Shown here piece after piece: positions 1 through 10,789 of a DNA stretch of 64,000 bases (positions are counted from its first letter, which is position 1; each line of letters opens with the position of its first letter). Source of the DNA: Candidatus Omnitrophota bacterium. Lineage in GTDB: Bacteria > Omnitrophota > Omnitrophia > Omnitrophales > Aquincolibacteriaceae. Both the position numbers and the translations under genes were made by a program. The stretch is from assembly GCA_043808175.1 (NCBI GenBank), contig JAZDFE010000028.1:17079-81078 (forward strand), in the 5' to 3' direction. The notes below the pieces were generated by a model. That model was not told the DNA's origin and searched no databases. It saw only the letters and a list, made by a program, of their open reading frames with translations.

Positions 1-870
1 CCACCCGTGGGCAAACACGAGTTTCGGCATTTCGACGCCCATGGCCTTAAGCATGATCGGCCAAAAAACGGCGTGTTGACGGAGAATGTCTTTCCCTACT
101 AGCTGAAGGTCGGCCGGCCAAAGCGACTTGAATTTTTTATCATCCGTCAGATATCCGGCGCCTGTCACATAATTTAAAAGCGCATCAAACCAGACATAAA
201 CCACATGGTCCTTGGACCCCGGATACTCGATCCCCCAGGTGAGGCGCGCCTTGGGCCGGGTAATGCACAGATCCTCGAGCGGCTCCTTTAAAAATCCAAG
301 CACCTCGTTCTTGCGATAATCCGGTTGGATAAAGTCCGAGTTTTCCTGAATATAACCCTTTAACCAATCTTGATATTTTGAGAGTTTGAAAAAGTAATTT
401 TCTTCTTCGAGTCGATCCACCTCCCGGCTGCAGTCCGGACACTTCCCCTCTTTAAGCTGCAATTCGGTCCAGAACGATTCGCAGGGCGTGCAGTAGCAGC
501 CATGGTACGACGCCTTATAAATATCCCCTTTCGCTTCGAGATCGCTTAGGACTTTTTGGACCGTTTTTTTGTGATAGTCATCGGTGGTACGGATGAAGTG
601 GTCATACCGGATCCCAAGCACATGCCAGAGTTCCTTGAACTGAGGCACGATCTCATCCACAAAGGCCTTGGGATCCTTGTTCTGTTCAAGCGCGGCTTTC
701 TGAACCTTGATCCCGTGCTCATCGGTCCCGGTGATGTAAAAAACCTTTTCTCCTATCATCTGGTGAAAACGCGCGAACGTATCGCACAGGATGCTCGTAT
801 AGGCATGGCCGATGTGCGGCTTGCCGTTCACATAATAGATCGGCGTTGTCAGATAATACGTTTTCGTCAT
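1..870 (-). CDS. metG: Methionyl-tRNA synthetase, N-terminal part (gene runs off the left edge)
   Basis: My own translation from ATG 870..868 reads MTKTYYLTTPIYYVNGKPHIGHAYTSILCD. This is the class I HIGH region as PHIGH. Cys-knuckle codons follow further downstream. The frame stays open to position 1. The ATG overlaps the holB stop (ATGA). Confidence 0.85.
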   Translation of the reverse strand, partial: MTKTYYLTTPIYYVNGKPHIGHAYTSILCDTFARFHQMIGEKVFYITGTDEHGIKVQKAALEQNKDPKAFVDEIVPQFKELWHVLGIRYDHFIRTTDDYHKKTVQKVLSDLEAKGDIYKASYHGCYCTPCESFWTELQLKEGKCPDCSREVDRLEEENYFFKLSKYQDWLKGYIQENSDFIQPDYRKNEVLGFLKEPLEDLCITRPKARLTWGIEYPGSKDHVVYVWFDALLNYVTGAGYLTDDKKFKSLWPADLQLVGKDILRQHAVFWPIMLKAMGVEMPKLVFAHGW

Positions 871-1733
871 AAAGAAACCACCTTCTGAGACGGAAAAAGA
901 CGCGCGAGCCTGATCGCAAGCCGTGTCGCCATCAGTTTCTGATTCACATTCATGTCGAGCGCTGCCTTGGAGTCATAAAGAAGGTCCATGGCCTCGAGCC
1001 ATAAGTTCACCTTTGCGGGATCCGTGTCATCGCCCGACACGAGCTGATAGATCTTCTCCCGTGAAGTGGACATGAGCCCGTCAAGTTTCCGCTTCACTTC
1101 GTCACGCGGCATCGTCGGAAAAGTCTCAAAGACCTCTCGAACCGGCAGGGCCTCAAGTGACCCCGCACTCATCGGAACGGACGGGGATGACATCGGCATG
1201 AGACGGATCTCGAACGAACGCGATTGAATCGTTTCCAAAAGATTGTTCTTATTCTCCACTAGAAGGCAAAAAACCGTATGCTCGGGCGGCTCTTCAAGGG
1301 TTTTCAGAAAAGCGTTCGCCGCCACTTCGGGCAACCGTTCCGCGTTGAGCACAATGCAAACTTTCCATGTGCCTTCAAAAGGTTTCATGGACGCCCAATG
1401 GATCGTTTCACGGACCGTCTCGATCTTGATCGACCGTTCGGTGAGGTCCTCCCCCAGCCATCGAACATCCGGATATCCGTGTTTCCATATCCGCTGCAAG
1501 AGCCCGGCGTCTTTAAAGTTAAAAAGCTTTGGATCTCGACTTTCAAGCGCATAGGCAAATGCCACTGCAAATTCTTCTTTAATGTCCGAGCTGTGCCGTT
1601 CGCCGCCCATCTCAGCCATTTCCCCTTCATCCCCACACCCGCTAAAAATGTAGGAAGACGCGACACGTCCTTCACGGATATGGGACTCAAGAATACGCAC
1701 CGCCAGCTTCTGGGTGTTATTGGCCAAAAACAC
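867..1733 (-). CDS. holB: DNA polymerase III delta-prime subunit (clamp-loader AAA+)
   Basis: 288-aa ORF. LKTLEEPPEHTVFCLL and ETIQSRSF are typical delta-prime / RFC-box motifs. It is translationally coupled to tmk upstream and metG downstream. Confidence 0.75.
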   Translation of the reverse strand: MFLANNTQKLAVRILESHIREGRVASSYIFSGCGDEGEMAEMGGERHSSDIKEEFAVAFAYALESRDPKLFNFKDAGLLQRIWKHGYPDVRWLGEDLTERSIKIETVRETIHWASMKPFEGTWKVCIVLNAERLPEVAANAFLKTLEEPPEHTVFCLLVENKNNLLETIQSRSFEIRLMPMSSPSVPMSAGSLEALPVREVFETFPTMPRDEVKRKLDGLMSTSREKIYQLVSGDDTDPAKVNLWLEAMDLLYDSKAALDMNVNQKLMATRLAIRLARLFPSQKVVSL

Positions 1734-2334
1734 GTTCGAGCCTTTCCCGGACTATTGCGCTCACCCATTCGATGGGTTTGCTGGTATCGAGAACGACTAT
1801 TCGCCGGGGTTCTTTTTTCGCGAGCGTAAGAAAGCCCCGGCGCACCCGCCGGTGAAAACTCAAAGCCTCACGCTCGATCCGGTCATGCCGGCCCCCGCGC
1901 TCAAGGCCCCTGGCAATATCAATATCCAGCACAAAAGTAAGGTCCGGTTTGAGCGTCCCCCGGACCAGACGGCTTGCCTCTTCGATGGTTGCCAAAGAAA
2001 GTCCGCGGCCAAACCCCTGGTAGGCGCGCGTTGAATCCTCGAAACGGTCACAGATCACGACCTTGCCTTTCCTAAGCGCCGGAACAATCTTTTCATGAAC
2101 GATCTGCGCGCGCGCCGCAAGATAAAGAAACAGCTCGGTCACGGGATCCATCTCCTTCAGATCTTTATCCAGAAGGACCGCACGGATAGCCTCGCTGATG
2201 CGCGTACCGCCCGGCTCGCGGAGCATGACCACCGAACGGCCTTTTCTTTTCAGGAAAGCGACAGCCTTCCGGATCTGCGTGCTCTTTCCGCTCCCTTCCG
2301 CACCTTCGAATGTTATGAAATATCCTTTTTTCAT
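1717..2334 (-). CDS. tmk: Thymidylate kinase
   Basis: P-loop FITFEGAEGSGKST, LREPGGT and DRFEDS motifs. I trimmed the start to MKKGYFITFEG (ATG at 2334), which leaves the 2346..2410 repeat intergenic. Confidence 0.85.
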   Translation of the reverse strand: MKKGYFITFEGAEGSGKSTQIRKAVAFLKRKGRSVVMLREPGGTRISEAIRAVLLDKDLKEMDPVTELFLYLAARAQIVHEKIVPALRKGKVVICDRFEDSTRAYQGFGRGLSLATIEEASRLVRGTLKPDLTFVLDIDIARGLERGGRHDRIEREALSFHRRVRRGFLTLAKKEPRRIVVLDTSKPIEWVSAIVRERLERVFGQ

Positions 2335-2345
2335 CGACGCTTTCT

Positions 2346-2410
2346 GTCGTCCTGAGCGAAGCAAAGGATCTCATTTTGAGATTCTTCGGCCTGCGGGCCT
2401 CAGAATGACG
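2346..2410. repeat. Palindromic intergenic element, copy A (GTCGTCCTGAG...GGATCTC...GAGATTC...CTCAGAATGACG)
   Basis: The outer arms GTCGTCCTGAG / CTCAGAATGAC and the inner arms GGATCTC / GAGATTC are inverted repeats. It lies between the cysS stop and the tmk start. Related copies are at 32597..32680 and 36155..36260. Confidence 0.7.
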
Positions 2411-2419
2411 TTGTATTAT

Positions 2420-3895
2420 TTATCGTTTAATATCCCAAGCCCTGCGGACTTTTTTGACGGTTGAGGGTTCTCCCGGCCGGCCGTCCTTGACGAGCCAGCC
2501 CAATTGTTTTATTTCTTCACGTAACTTATCTGATTGCTTCTGCAGTTCAATATCTTCCTTAAATTTTGGATTGTTGCGCACCTCAAGGCGGCTTCCGTAC
2601 AACTTTATAAACCTATCAGATTCCGTTCCTTTCGATGCTGAGGTAATATCAAGACCCAATAAATTATCCAGATTATGGAAAAACTCACACGCCACGGAGA
2701 TATCTTGTCCGTTCGCGTTATTTTCGGCAATAGCCCGATTAATTAATCGAATACTTTCAAACAAAATCGAAAAAGCGGCTGAAATATTCAAGTCATTGCA
2801 AAGACTATGGTCCATTTCCTTCCAACTTTTGCGAAGAGCATCATCAAGATTAGAACTTGATGATTTTGATTTGACTCTTTCCCACCAAGTTGGATCGAGC
2901 ATTTGACCAAGGACCAGATAATAGCAATCATCGAGTTTCTCGATCACTTCCCGGGCCTCTTTTAAACTTTCAAAAGTAAAATTTAACTGATGCCGGTAAT
3001 GCACGGAAAGGAGTGCGTAGCGGATCGCCATCGGGTCATAGCCTTTTTCCAGGAGGTCACGAAGCGTGAAAAAATTACCTTTGGATTTCGACATCTTCTC
3101 GCCGTTCACAAGAAGATGTTTTGCGTGAAGCCAATACTTCACGAAAGGTTTCCCCGTTGCGGCTTCCGATTGCGCGATCTCATTTTCGTGGTGCGGGAAC
3201 ACAAGGTCCTCGCCGCCCGCGTGGATATCGACCGTTTCGCCTAAATGCCGCATGCACATCGCGGAACATTCGATGTGCCAGCCCGGACGGCCTTTCCCCC
3301 AAGGCGAATCCCAGGACGGTTCGTCCTCTTTGGCTTTTTTCCAGAGAACGAAGTCCGCACCTTGCTCTTTATCATATTCATCCACATCCACACGCGCGCC
3401 GGAAATATTCCCGTCCAGCTTCTTCTTGGAAAGTTTCCCGTAACCCGGGAATTTTGCAATGCGGTAATAAACGGAACCATCGTCTGCAAGATAAGCGATC
3501 TCTTTTTCGATCAGTTTTTGAATCAGCGCAACAATGTTATCGATAGAATCAGTTGCCCGCGGCTGAACTTCCGGAGGAAGCATGTTGAGTGTCTTCATGT
3601 CCTCCAAAAAGGCCTCGGTGTAAAATTCCGTATAAGCCGAAAGTGACTTCTTCTCACGGTTCGCTCCGGCGATGGTCTTGTCGTCCACATCCGTAATGTT
3701 CATTACATGCCGGACCTTGAGGCCCTTGAACTCGAGGAACCTGCGCAAAAGGTCCTCGAACACGAAGGTCCTGAAATTTCCGATATGAGCATAATGGTAA
3801 ACCGTGGGGCCGCAGGCATAAAACATCACTTTGCCGTCTTTGAGCGGTTTGAATTCCTCGAGTTTTCCCGAAAGCGTATTATGGAATCGGATCAT
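2420..3895 (-). CDS. cysS: Cysteinyl-tRNA synthetase
   Basis: 491 aa. The N-terminus [20 protein letters not shown] carries the HIGH-type motif, and EKMSKSKGN is the KMSKS motif. Length and order are typical of CysRS. Confidence 0.9.
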   Translation of the reverse strand: MIRFHNTLSGKLEEFKPLKDGKVMFYACGPTVYHYAHIGNFRTFVFEDLLRRFLEFKGLKVRHVMNITDVDDKTIAGANREKKSLSAYTEFYTEAFLEDMKTLNMLPPEVQPRATDSIDNIVALIQKLIEKEIAYLADDGSVYYRIAKFPGYGKLSKKKLDGNISGARVDVDEYDKEQGADFVLWKKAKEDEPSWDSPWGKGRPGWHIECSAMCMRHLGETVDIHAGGEDLVFPHHENEIAQSEAATGKPFVKYWLHAKHLLVNGEKMSKSKGNFFTLRDLLEKGYDPMAIRYALLSVHYRHQLNFTFESLKEAREVIEKLDDCYYLVLGQMLDPTWWERVKSKSSSSNLDDALRKSWKEMDHSLCNDLNISAAFSILFESIRLINRAIAENNANGQDISVACEFFHNLDNLLGLDITSASKGTESDRFIKLYGSRLEVRNNPKFKEDIELQKQSDKLREEIKQLGWLVKDGRPGEPSTVKKVRRAWDIKR

Positions 3896-5094
3896 GACGT
3901 CATTTTTCTCATGCTGATCACGGCCTCACAAGTCACCGCCAGACCTTCACCTTCGGGGCCCAGCCCTTCCCGGGTGCGGGCCTTGATGGAGACGTCCTGT
4001 TCGGGAAGTTCGAGACACTTTGCGACACTTTTACGGATCCTGGACTTATGAGCGTAGAGTTTCGGGGATTCCAAAATAATGTTCGTATCCGCGTGAAAAG
4101 GACGCCATCCCCGCCTTTTCGCCTCCGCGAGGATCACTCTAAGGATCTTCGTGCTGCGGATATTCTTGAATTTCGGATCACGATCCGAGAAACACTCCCC
4201 GATATCCCCGGCCCCGATCGCGCCCAGGATCGCGTCCGCGAGCGCGTGCAACAGCGCATCCCCGTCCGAATGACCCAGCGCGCCCTTAGGCGACGGGATC
4301 ACGACGCCGCCGAGATAGAGTTTACGGCCTTTGACCAGCCTGTGCGTATCAAATCCGATCCCGACACGGACTTCCGGGGAACTATCTTTTTCCGTTATGG
4401 CTTTAGCAAGCATCAGGTCCGTCAAGGTGGTAAGTTTCGGGTTCCAGCCCCCGTGGGACACCACTCGCACGCGGGCGCCGATCGCTTCCAAAAGACCCGC
4501 TTCGTCCGTCGCTTCAAACGCTTTTGGGTTTTGCTCGTACGCTTTCAGAATGACTTCACGCCGGACGAACTGGGGCGTTTCGGCTTCATAAAGTGTGCCC
4601 CGGTCCACCGTTTCGCGAATGTGTCCGTCTTCCGTCAGAACTTTTTTGATCGTCGGCACCACTTTACGGGCCAAGATCACACCGTCCCAATCCTTGCCGG
4701 CTCTTAGGACCTGCCGGATCGCTTGGGGTGTCACGAGCGGCCGTGCCCCGTCATGCACCATGATCCATTCGGAGTGCGGTGAAGTTTTTTTGAGTGCGTT
4801 CCATACGGACTCCGCGCGGGTCTTACCGCCTAAGATCCACCGGACCTTCAAGCCCTTGATCGAACGCGCCCATCCTTTTATTTCCGGACGCATCTCCGGG
4901 CTAATAGCAACGATCGTTTCATGGATCCCGAGGATCTTGTCGAAAGCGCGAAGAGTCCTAAGAAGCACGGGTTCCCCATTCAGTTGATAAAAAAGCTTGG
5001 AGGAACACGAAGAAACTTTCTTGGCAGAACGATTCAGGCTTTGCTGAAAACGACTACCAAGCCCGGCGGCAGGAATGATGAGGGAGACTCGCAT
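3892..5094 (-). CDS. ispDF: Bifunctional IspD/IspF (MEP cytidylyltransferase / MEcPP synthase)
   Basis: The N-terminal half has IIPAAGLGSRF (IspD). The C-terminal half has RVGIGFDTHRL and GHSDGDALLHAL (IspF). Confidence 0.85.
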   Translation of the reverse strand: MRVSLIIPAAGLGSRFQQSLNRSAKKVSSCSSKLFYQLNGEPVLLRTLRAFDKILGIHETIVAISPEMRPEIKGWARSIKGLKVRWILGGKTRAESVWNALKKTSPHSEWIMVHDGARPLVTPQAIRQVLRAGKDWDGVILARKVVPTIKKVLTEDGHIRETVDRGTLYEAETPQFVRREVILKAYEQNPKAFEATDEAGLLEAIGARVRVVSHGGWNPKLTTLTDLMLAKAITEKDSSPEVRVGIGFDTHRLVKGRKLYLGGVVIPSPKGALGHSDGDALLHALADAILGAIGAGDIGECFSDRDPKFKNIRSTKILRVILAEAKRRGWRPFHADTNIILESPKLYAHKSRIRKSVAKCLELPEQDVSIKARTREGLGPEGEGLAVTCEAVISMRKMTS

Positions 5095-5099
5095 TCACC

Positions 5100-6263
5100 C
5101 TACCTCCCTCCCTCATGAATCTGGGGGCTCTGCGGGTTCGATGGATTTTGATAGGACTGATGGCTCTGTCGGTCGTGACCGTTACGCGGACGGCGGGGAT
5201 CATTCCCATGGCCGCTCCGATTATCACGCCAACGCTCTGCGCCGCGTTCCGGATAATGGCCGTTATCATCGGAAAGTTTCGCGAAGATCATACGCCCGGC
5301 CTGGGTCTGGAGCACGCTCGTGATCGTGACTTTCACCGTATGGCCCAAACGGCGCTTGCCGTTGTCCACCACCACCATGGTCCCGTCATCAAGATACGCC
5401 ACACCTTGTTCATGCTCCTTGCCCTCCTTGAGGATCTTGATCTCCATCTCTTCCCCGGGCATGACCACGGGTTTCAGCGCGTTTGCAAGATCGTTGATAT
5501 TGAGGACTTTCACGCCCTGCAGCTCGGCGACCTTGTTGAGGTTGTAATCGTTCGTGAAAACCTTGGCCTGAAGCACCTGGCCCATCTTGACCAGCTTGGC
5601 GTCCACGGTGTTGAATTCCTGGAAATCCAACTCGTGGATCTTCACCGTGATATTCGGGTTGGATTGGATCGCGTTCAAAACATCGAGACCGCGGCGCCCG
5701 CGAGCACGCTTTAAGGGATCCGAGGAATCCGCAATGAGCTGCAATTCCTTCAACACAAAACGCGGCAGGATCAGCTTGCTTGAAAGAAAATGCGTATTCG
5801 CGATGTCCGCGATGCGGCCGTCGATAATAACACTCGTATCCAAAAGGATCATTTCCTCGCCCGGGCCTTTGGAATCAAGCTGCACGAACGGGATCATCAA
5901 GCTGAATTCGTCTTGCCCGCGAAGGACCGTGATGATCCCAAGGTAGGAAAAAATGATCGCTGTCGCGATCCCGAAATTACGCGTGACTTCCGAGGTAAAA
6001 TGGGCGTAAGCGACCACCATCATAAAAAGCCGGTGCGTCAAGAGCCCGAGCGCCAATCCCAAGATGACGGCAAGAATATTACGGACCGTGTATTGCTTAA
6101 AAAAGATATCAATCGAAACAATGAGAATGCCGACCAGCCCCCCGATGGCCGCCGAGATCCACTCGCTGTGAGGCACCTGAAGGTTCAAGAGCCATTGAAT
6201 TTGCGCAAGATACCCGAACAAGGTACAACCTAGAATAAAAATAAACCTTATGGCAAGAATCAT
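5100..6263 (-). CDS. Membrane PIN/TRAM domain protein (YacL-like)
   Basis: The N-terminus has hydrophobic helices. A PIN-like [14 protein letters not shown] follows, then a C-terminal TRAM-like [24 protein letters not shown], then a basic disordered tail. Confidence 0.6.
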   Translation of the reverse strand: MILAIRFIFILGCTLFGYLAQIQWLLNLQVPHSEWISAAIGGLVGILIVSIDIFFKQYTVRNILAVILGLALGLLTHRLFMMVVAYAHFTSEVTRNFGIATAIIFSYLGIITVLRGQDEFSLMIPFVQLDSKGPGEEMILLDTSVIIDGRIADIANTHFLSSKLILPRFVLKELQLIADSSDPLKRARGRRGLDVLNAIQSNPNITVKIHELDFQEFNTVDAKLVKMGQVLQAKVFTNDYNLNKVAELQGVKVLNINDLANALKPVVMPGEEMEIKILKEGKEHEQGVAYLDDGTMVVVDNGKRRLGHTVKVTITSVLQTQAGRMIFAKLSDDNGHYPERGAERWRDNRSGHGNDPRRPRNGHDRQSHQSYQNPSNPQSPQIHEGGR

Positions 6264-6335
6264 GATGACTGCTCCTTTGATGTTGTGCGTATAACGTGTA
6301 TGAATGGTTCATATTCATCGGTTCCTCCGAACAGG

Positions 6336-7145
6336 TCATGCCAGAAAGAGAAGGTACCACTTTCTTTTGTCTTTCGAGTCTTTTTTAAGGAGCTTCCAGG
6401 GATGCGCCCGAACATCCTTCACGAACGCGTCCATCTCCTTATAAAGCTCGTCTTCCATCAAGAGTTTCCCAAGCGTCCCATCTCCTTTTTCGACTTTTCC
6501 AAGGATGTTGCTCAGAGAAGCACTGGAAGACTCGATGTTTTGGAAACTTTGATGCACATCTCCGTCCGGCTTGAGAGAAGTATTCAACGCCCCGCTCAGC
6601 GACGCAAGATTGCTGATCATCGTTTTCAAGTCCTTGACGGTTCCCTGATCGTCAACACCAGCCCTGAACTTACCCAAAATCGCGGCAAGGTGATCCAAGA
6701 TCTCATGAGCCCGGTCGATCAGTTCTTCCACCGCAACCAAAGGCACTCCTTCTACCAATGCACCCTTATGGAGCAGCGGAAAAGTCCCGGGTTTCGGTGA
6801 GATCTCCACATGCGGCTCGCTCAAGACATGCGTGCCCCGTATCGTGAAGGTGTAATTTTCCCTGATTTCCACTCCCTTTTCAATGAAAAGTTTAACCTTT
6901 ACGCGATTATTCTGCTTCGCTTCGTCATAAACGATGTCCAGCCGGCTCACTTCCCCAACCCGGACCCCCGCCATACGCACCGGCGCCCCTTGGTTGAGAA
7001 TGCTGACATAGTTAAACATCACATCCACGGTATACCCTGAACGAAACAAATAAACCCCGCTGACAAAAAAAAGCACTAACGTCAAAAAAATGAACCCGAG
7101 GATCACAAAAACCCCCACCGACACCTCATTACTTTTCTTTTTCAT
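6336..7145 (-). CDS. mlaD: MlaD / MCE-domain periplasmic component
   Basis: A single N-terminal TM helix is followed by an MCE-like segment (GAPVRMAGVRVGEVSRLDI). It lies directly downstream of mlaE and mlaF. Confidence 0.75.
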   Translation of the reverse strand: MKKKSNEVSVGVFVILGFIFLTLVLFFVSGVYLFRSGYTVDVMFNYVSILNQGAPVRMAGVRVGEVSRLDIVYDEAKQNNRVKVKLFIEKGVEIRENYTFTIRGTHVLSEPHVEISPKPGTFPLLHKGALVEGVPLVAVEELIDRAHEILDHLAAILGKFRAGVDDQGTVKDLKTMISNLASLSGALNTSLKPDGDVHQSFQNIESSSASLSNILGKVEKGDGTLGKLLMEDELYKEMDAFVKDVRAHPWKLLKKDSKDKRKWYLLFLA

Positions 7146-7912
7146 AATAACTCCATCTCCTTTTGCTGCTTATCCGTGATCGGACCCCGCGCCGATCCGG
7201 TAATGAATTGCTGAATAATCGGGTCGGGAGAATACCTGATCTCATTGGGTGTTCCGATGCCGATGATCCGTCCCTCGAAAAGCATGGCGATCCGGTCTGC
7301 CACTTTGTAAGCACTTGTCATATCGTGAGTCACCACGATCGAAATCACTTTCAGCCGCTTCTGCATCCTCAAAATAAGTTCATTAATAACGTCCGCGTTG
7401 ATCGGATCGAGACCCGTGGTCGGCTCATCATAAAGAATGATCTTCGGTTCATTGCAGATCGCCCGTGCCAGACCCACCCTTTTTTTCATTCCTCCTGAAA
7501 GACTGGCGGGCATCAGATTCTCAACCTCCCCAAGACCCACCATACGTAACTTTTCCAAGACTTTCTGACTGATCACTTCCTCAGAAAGATTGGTGTGCTC
7601 AAAAAGAGAAAATCCGACATTCTCGAGCACGGTCAGAGAATCAAAGAGCGCGGCGCCCTGAAAGAGCATCCCGAGCTGTAACCGGAACTGATCCTGCTCT
7701 TCCGGCGTCATCGAGAACATGGAACGTCCGTCGATCCGGATATCGCCTTCATCAGGTTCCAAAATCGCCATGATATGCTTCAAGAGAACACTTTTTCCAC
7801 ATCCCGAACGGCCGATGATCACGATGGTCTCCCCTTCCTTAATGGTTAGGTCGACCCCCTTCAGGACATGGTGTGTTCCGAACCACTTGTGAATGCCTTG
7901 GATATGGATCAC
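7142..7912 (-). CDS. mlaF: ABC transporter ATP-binding protein MlaF
   Basis: Walker A GRSGCGKS, signature LSGGMKKR and Walker B ILYDEPTTGLD. It sits in the mlaE-mlaF-mlaD order. Confidence 0.8.
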   Translation of the reverse strand: MIHIQGIHKWFGTHHVLKGVDLTIKEGETIVIIGRSGCGKSVLLKHIMAILEPDEGDIRIDGRSMFSMTPEEQDQFRLQLGMLFQGAALFDSLTVLENVGFSLFEHTNLSEEVISQKVLEKLRMVGLGEVENLMPASLSGGMKKRVGLARAICNEPKIILYDEPTTGLDPINADVINELILRMQKRLKVISIVVTHDMTSAYKVADRIAMLFEGRIIGIGTPNEIRYSPDPIIQQFITGSARGPITDKQQKEMELL

Positions 7913-7930
7913 AAAACACCGTTCTTTCGT

Positions 7931-8743
7931 TTAAAAGAAATAAAAGATCGCCGAAAAAAGCGCGTCCGAAGCAATGACCATGATAAGCGAAACCACCACT
8001 GCAAGCGTTGTCGCCCGTCCCACACCTTCGGCCCCCCCACGGGCCGTAAACCCGAAATAGCATCCAACGATCGAAATGATCCCCCCGAAGAAAAAGGCTT
8101 TGATAAGTCCCGTCACGACATCCTTGACCACCAGGGCGTCGATCCCGCGTTTGATGTACATGTGCGAACTCATACCGAGTTTAAAAACCGAAATGAGGTA
8201 GCCCCCGAACATCCCGATCACGTCTGCATAAATGGTCAACAAAAAAAGCATGAACAACGCCGCGATAAACCTTGGGATAACAAGATACTGAATGGGATTC
8301 GTGGCAAGAGCCTTTAAAGCATCAATTTGTTCGGTCACCTTCATGGTTCCGAGTTCCGCGGCGATCGAAGCTCCCACACGCCCGGCCACCACCATCGACG
8401 TGAGCACCGGTCCAAGTTCACGGCACAGCGAAACCGATATAAGGTCGGCGGTAAATTTCTCGGCAGAAAAAAGGCGAAGTTGATAAGCCGATTGCAATGC
8501 AAGAACCATGCCCGTAAAAAATGCCGTAAGAAAAACCAAGGGGAGCGACTGCACGCCGATCTTATTCATTTGATCAAGCGTGGCCTTCCAGCGGATCTTT
8601 TTGGAAACCAATAAAGCGCAAGTGTCCTTAAAAAGAAGCGCGATCCCGCCGGCGCCCTCAAAGATATCCAGACTTCCGGCCCCGAACTTTTGCAGCCATG
8701 CCCGGACCGATACGGCCCGCCTCAGATCATCCCAATGCGACAT
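7931..8743 (-). CDS. mlaE: ABC transporter permease MlaE
   Basis: 270-aa polytopic membrane protein of MlaE-like length and context, upstream of mlaF. Confidence 0.7.
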   Translation of the reverse strand: MSHWDDLRRAVSVRAWLQKFGAGSLDIFEGAGGIALLFKDTCALLVSKKIRWKATLDQMNKIGVQSLPLVFLTAFFTGMVLALQSAYQLRLFSAEKFTADLISVSLCRELGPVLTSMVVAGRVGASIAAELGTMKVTEQIDALKALATNPIQYLVIPRFIAALFMLFLLTIYADVIGMFGGYLISVFKLGMSSHMYIKRGIDALVVKDVVTGLIKAFFFGGIISIVGCYFGFTARGGAEGVGRATTLAVVVSLIMVIASDALFSAIFYFF

Positions 8744-8846
8744 GAATCTCCTCCAAAATCAACACATCCATAAGACCAGCCACATGCCACCGTCAGATCT
8801 GTCCAACGATCTGTGGCGAACAGAAATAGCAACAAAACTCCTCTTT

Positions 8847-10772
8847 TTAAAACTTCAGCTTGGGACCGAAAAGGACCTTCCGTTCATCCTTTTCATCATC
8901 CTTGCCATCACTCTCATCGGCATCGGACTTTGACCTCTGAGAATGGGCCTCTAACACCGAAAATTCTCCCCAACCCCCCAGTTTTGAACTGTTCAATTCC
9001 AGGCTACTGTCCTTTTCATGGAGGGCCGCCTCGATGCCCTTCCAGATCACCAGGTTATCTGGTGTCTGTATTTTTACTCCCGCGAATATATTGTCAAGCT
9101 TCAAATCCAGAGCCCCGTTCAGAAAGAAAACGGTCCGGCCCTTCCAGATCTTGGAATCCCTTAACGGCAAGTAGGGAAGAAACCCACGAAGCTGAATGAT
9201 ACCACGGTCATAATCAAGTTGCCCCCATTTTCCGTCATGAATATTAAAAACACCTGAAACCTCGGGTTTTGCGAGATTCCCTTCCACGGAAAGCGTCCCC
9301 TCCAGAAGCCCCCCCAGCGCCCTAGGCAAAGGTTTTGCCGCGAACTGATGCACAGTTCTAAGGTCAAAATCCGCCACCCGCAGCAGGAGTTTTAGATATG
9401 GATTTTTCCGGAATTTCGTCACTTGTCCTGTCATTTGGAATTCTTTTCCCCACGTGCTCCGGATACCCGTGATCCCGGCAGGACTTAATTCAAAAACCCC
9501 CTTTAAGTCCTCGAATGGCTGACGGTCCAGAATGAAATAATCAGTCTCATACTCCCCTCTAAAAAATAGATCGCGGCCATTCCAACGCGGCGATACGGAA
9601 TGAAGAAAAAGCCTTCCCCGCGTCACAAGATCCATGCCAAAAATCTTGATGTGATCTAAATGAAAGTTGAACATAAAATCCAACCCGCGGAGATTGGAGT
9701 GGATCGCCATCCGCTTCGCGCCTTTTTCAAAACCTAGCTCATAGTTTCCGCTGGCAAAATCAAGTTCTCCCCGACCCTGGTACCCCGAGCCCAAAGCGAT
9801 CGAATCCACTACAAAACGCTTCCGGTCCTGGTGGACTTTCCCGTGGAAATCAAAAACCCGCCCCTCCATGGGCTGAAAAGTTCCCTCGAGTGTCTGATGC
9901 GGCAGGCTCAACGCAAAGTCCAGTTTCATCCAGGGAACGTCTTTTCCGATCCGGACATGCGCGTTCACCTCGGGCTGCCCTTCACGATTCAAAAAAGCTC
10001 CGGAAAGTTTCGCATGCCATCCGTACAATGTCCCCTCCAAGCCATTAAAAAAAAGATCCTGTCCCACCCAACGGACTTTTCCCTTGAGCGCTTTGAACGG
10101 AAGCGGAATATCCTGTGCGAAATCCATGTCATCCAGTTCCAGCCAAAGATCGTGCGTGCTCTTGGAGGAATCCACCACGCCATAAATGTGGACACGTCCG
10201 TTCACCATGCCGGTCATCCGGGCGCGCACGTCCACCTGGACTGTTTTATCAAGAGACGGCAGGATCCTGCCTTCCACTTCTTTGAGCAGGATCTCCTTGC
10301 CAAGCGACGAAAGCAGATAACGGATCTCTCCCCCTTTAAAATCTAAAGACGGCACAGAAAGGCCGGAAGCTCCCCCGGGGGCATTCTCAAAATAGCGATA
10401 AGGAAATTGATCCTGCTCGATCAGGATTGCGGGATTCTTCAACACGACGCCTACGGGAGCATCGAACTTCCGGCTCCAGAGCTGTTTCAGATCATAGCGA
10501 AAAAGAAGGCGGTCAGCACGGATCAATTGGGAACCGCCCCTCGCGGAAGGAGTTTCGATAAGAATCTTCTCAAGCGCCAGTTGGTTCAGATGGTAGGGCC
10601 TTATCTCACCGATGTGGACCGTAGCCTTGAGATATTCGCCGACCCTTTTCTCAGCAAAACGCTTAAAATCCGGCGAATGCGCGATACGGCCCAGAAGAAA
10701 ATTAAAAAGCAGCACACCGCCCACGAAGAAAAGCATGAAGAAAAAGAGAAGGGCCTTCAGAAAAGAGCGCAT
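8847..10772 (-). CDS. Membrane-anchored hypothetical protein, possibly AsmA/TamB-like
   Basis: 641 aa with one N-terminal TM helix and a long, mostly beta-type periplasmic body. It is adjacent to the mla operon. I recognised no specific catalytic motif. Confidence 0.35.
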   Translation of the reverse strand: MRSFLKALLFFFMLFFVGGVLLFNFLLGRIAHSPDFKRFAEKRVGEYLKATVHIGEIRPYHLNQLALEKILIETPSARGGSQLIRADRLLFRYDLKQLWSRKFDAPVGVVLKNPAILIEQDQFPYRYFENAPGGASGLSVPSLDFKGGEIRYLLSSLGKEILLKEVEGRILPSLDKTVQVDVRARMTGMVNGRVHIYGVVDSSKSTHDLWLELDDMDFAQDIPLPFKALKGKVRWVGQDLFFNGLEGTLYGWHAKLSGAFLNREGQPEVNAHVRIGKDVPWMKLDFALSLPHQTLEGTFQPMEGRVFDFHGKVHQDRKRFVVDSIALGSGYQGRGELDFASGNYELGFEKGAKRMAIHSNLRGLDFMFNFHLDHIKIFGMDLVTRGRLFLHSVSPRWNGRDLFFRGEYETDYFILDRQPFEDLKGVFELSPAGITGIRSTWGKEFQMTGQVTKFRKNPYLKLLLRVADFDLRTVHQFAAKPLPRALGGLLEGTLSVEGNLAKPEVSGVFNIHDGKWGQLDYDRGIIQLRGFLPYLPLRDSKIWKGRTVFFLNGALDLKLDNIFAGVKIQTPDNLVIWKGIEAALHEKDSSLELNSSKLGGWGEFSVLEAHSQRSKSDADESDGKDDEKDERKVLFGPKLKF

Positions 10773-10789
10773 ACACGCGTGTTCTCGCG

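Noticed and set aside
3892-5094. The IspD-IspF fusion, considered as a possible novelty.
   Set aside because: Bifunctional IspDF is a well-known arrangement in several bacterial lineages.
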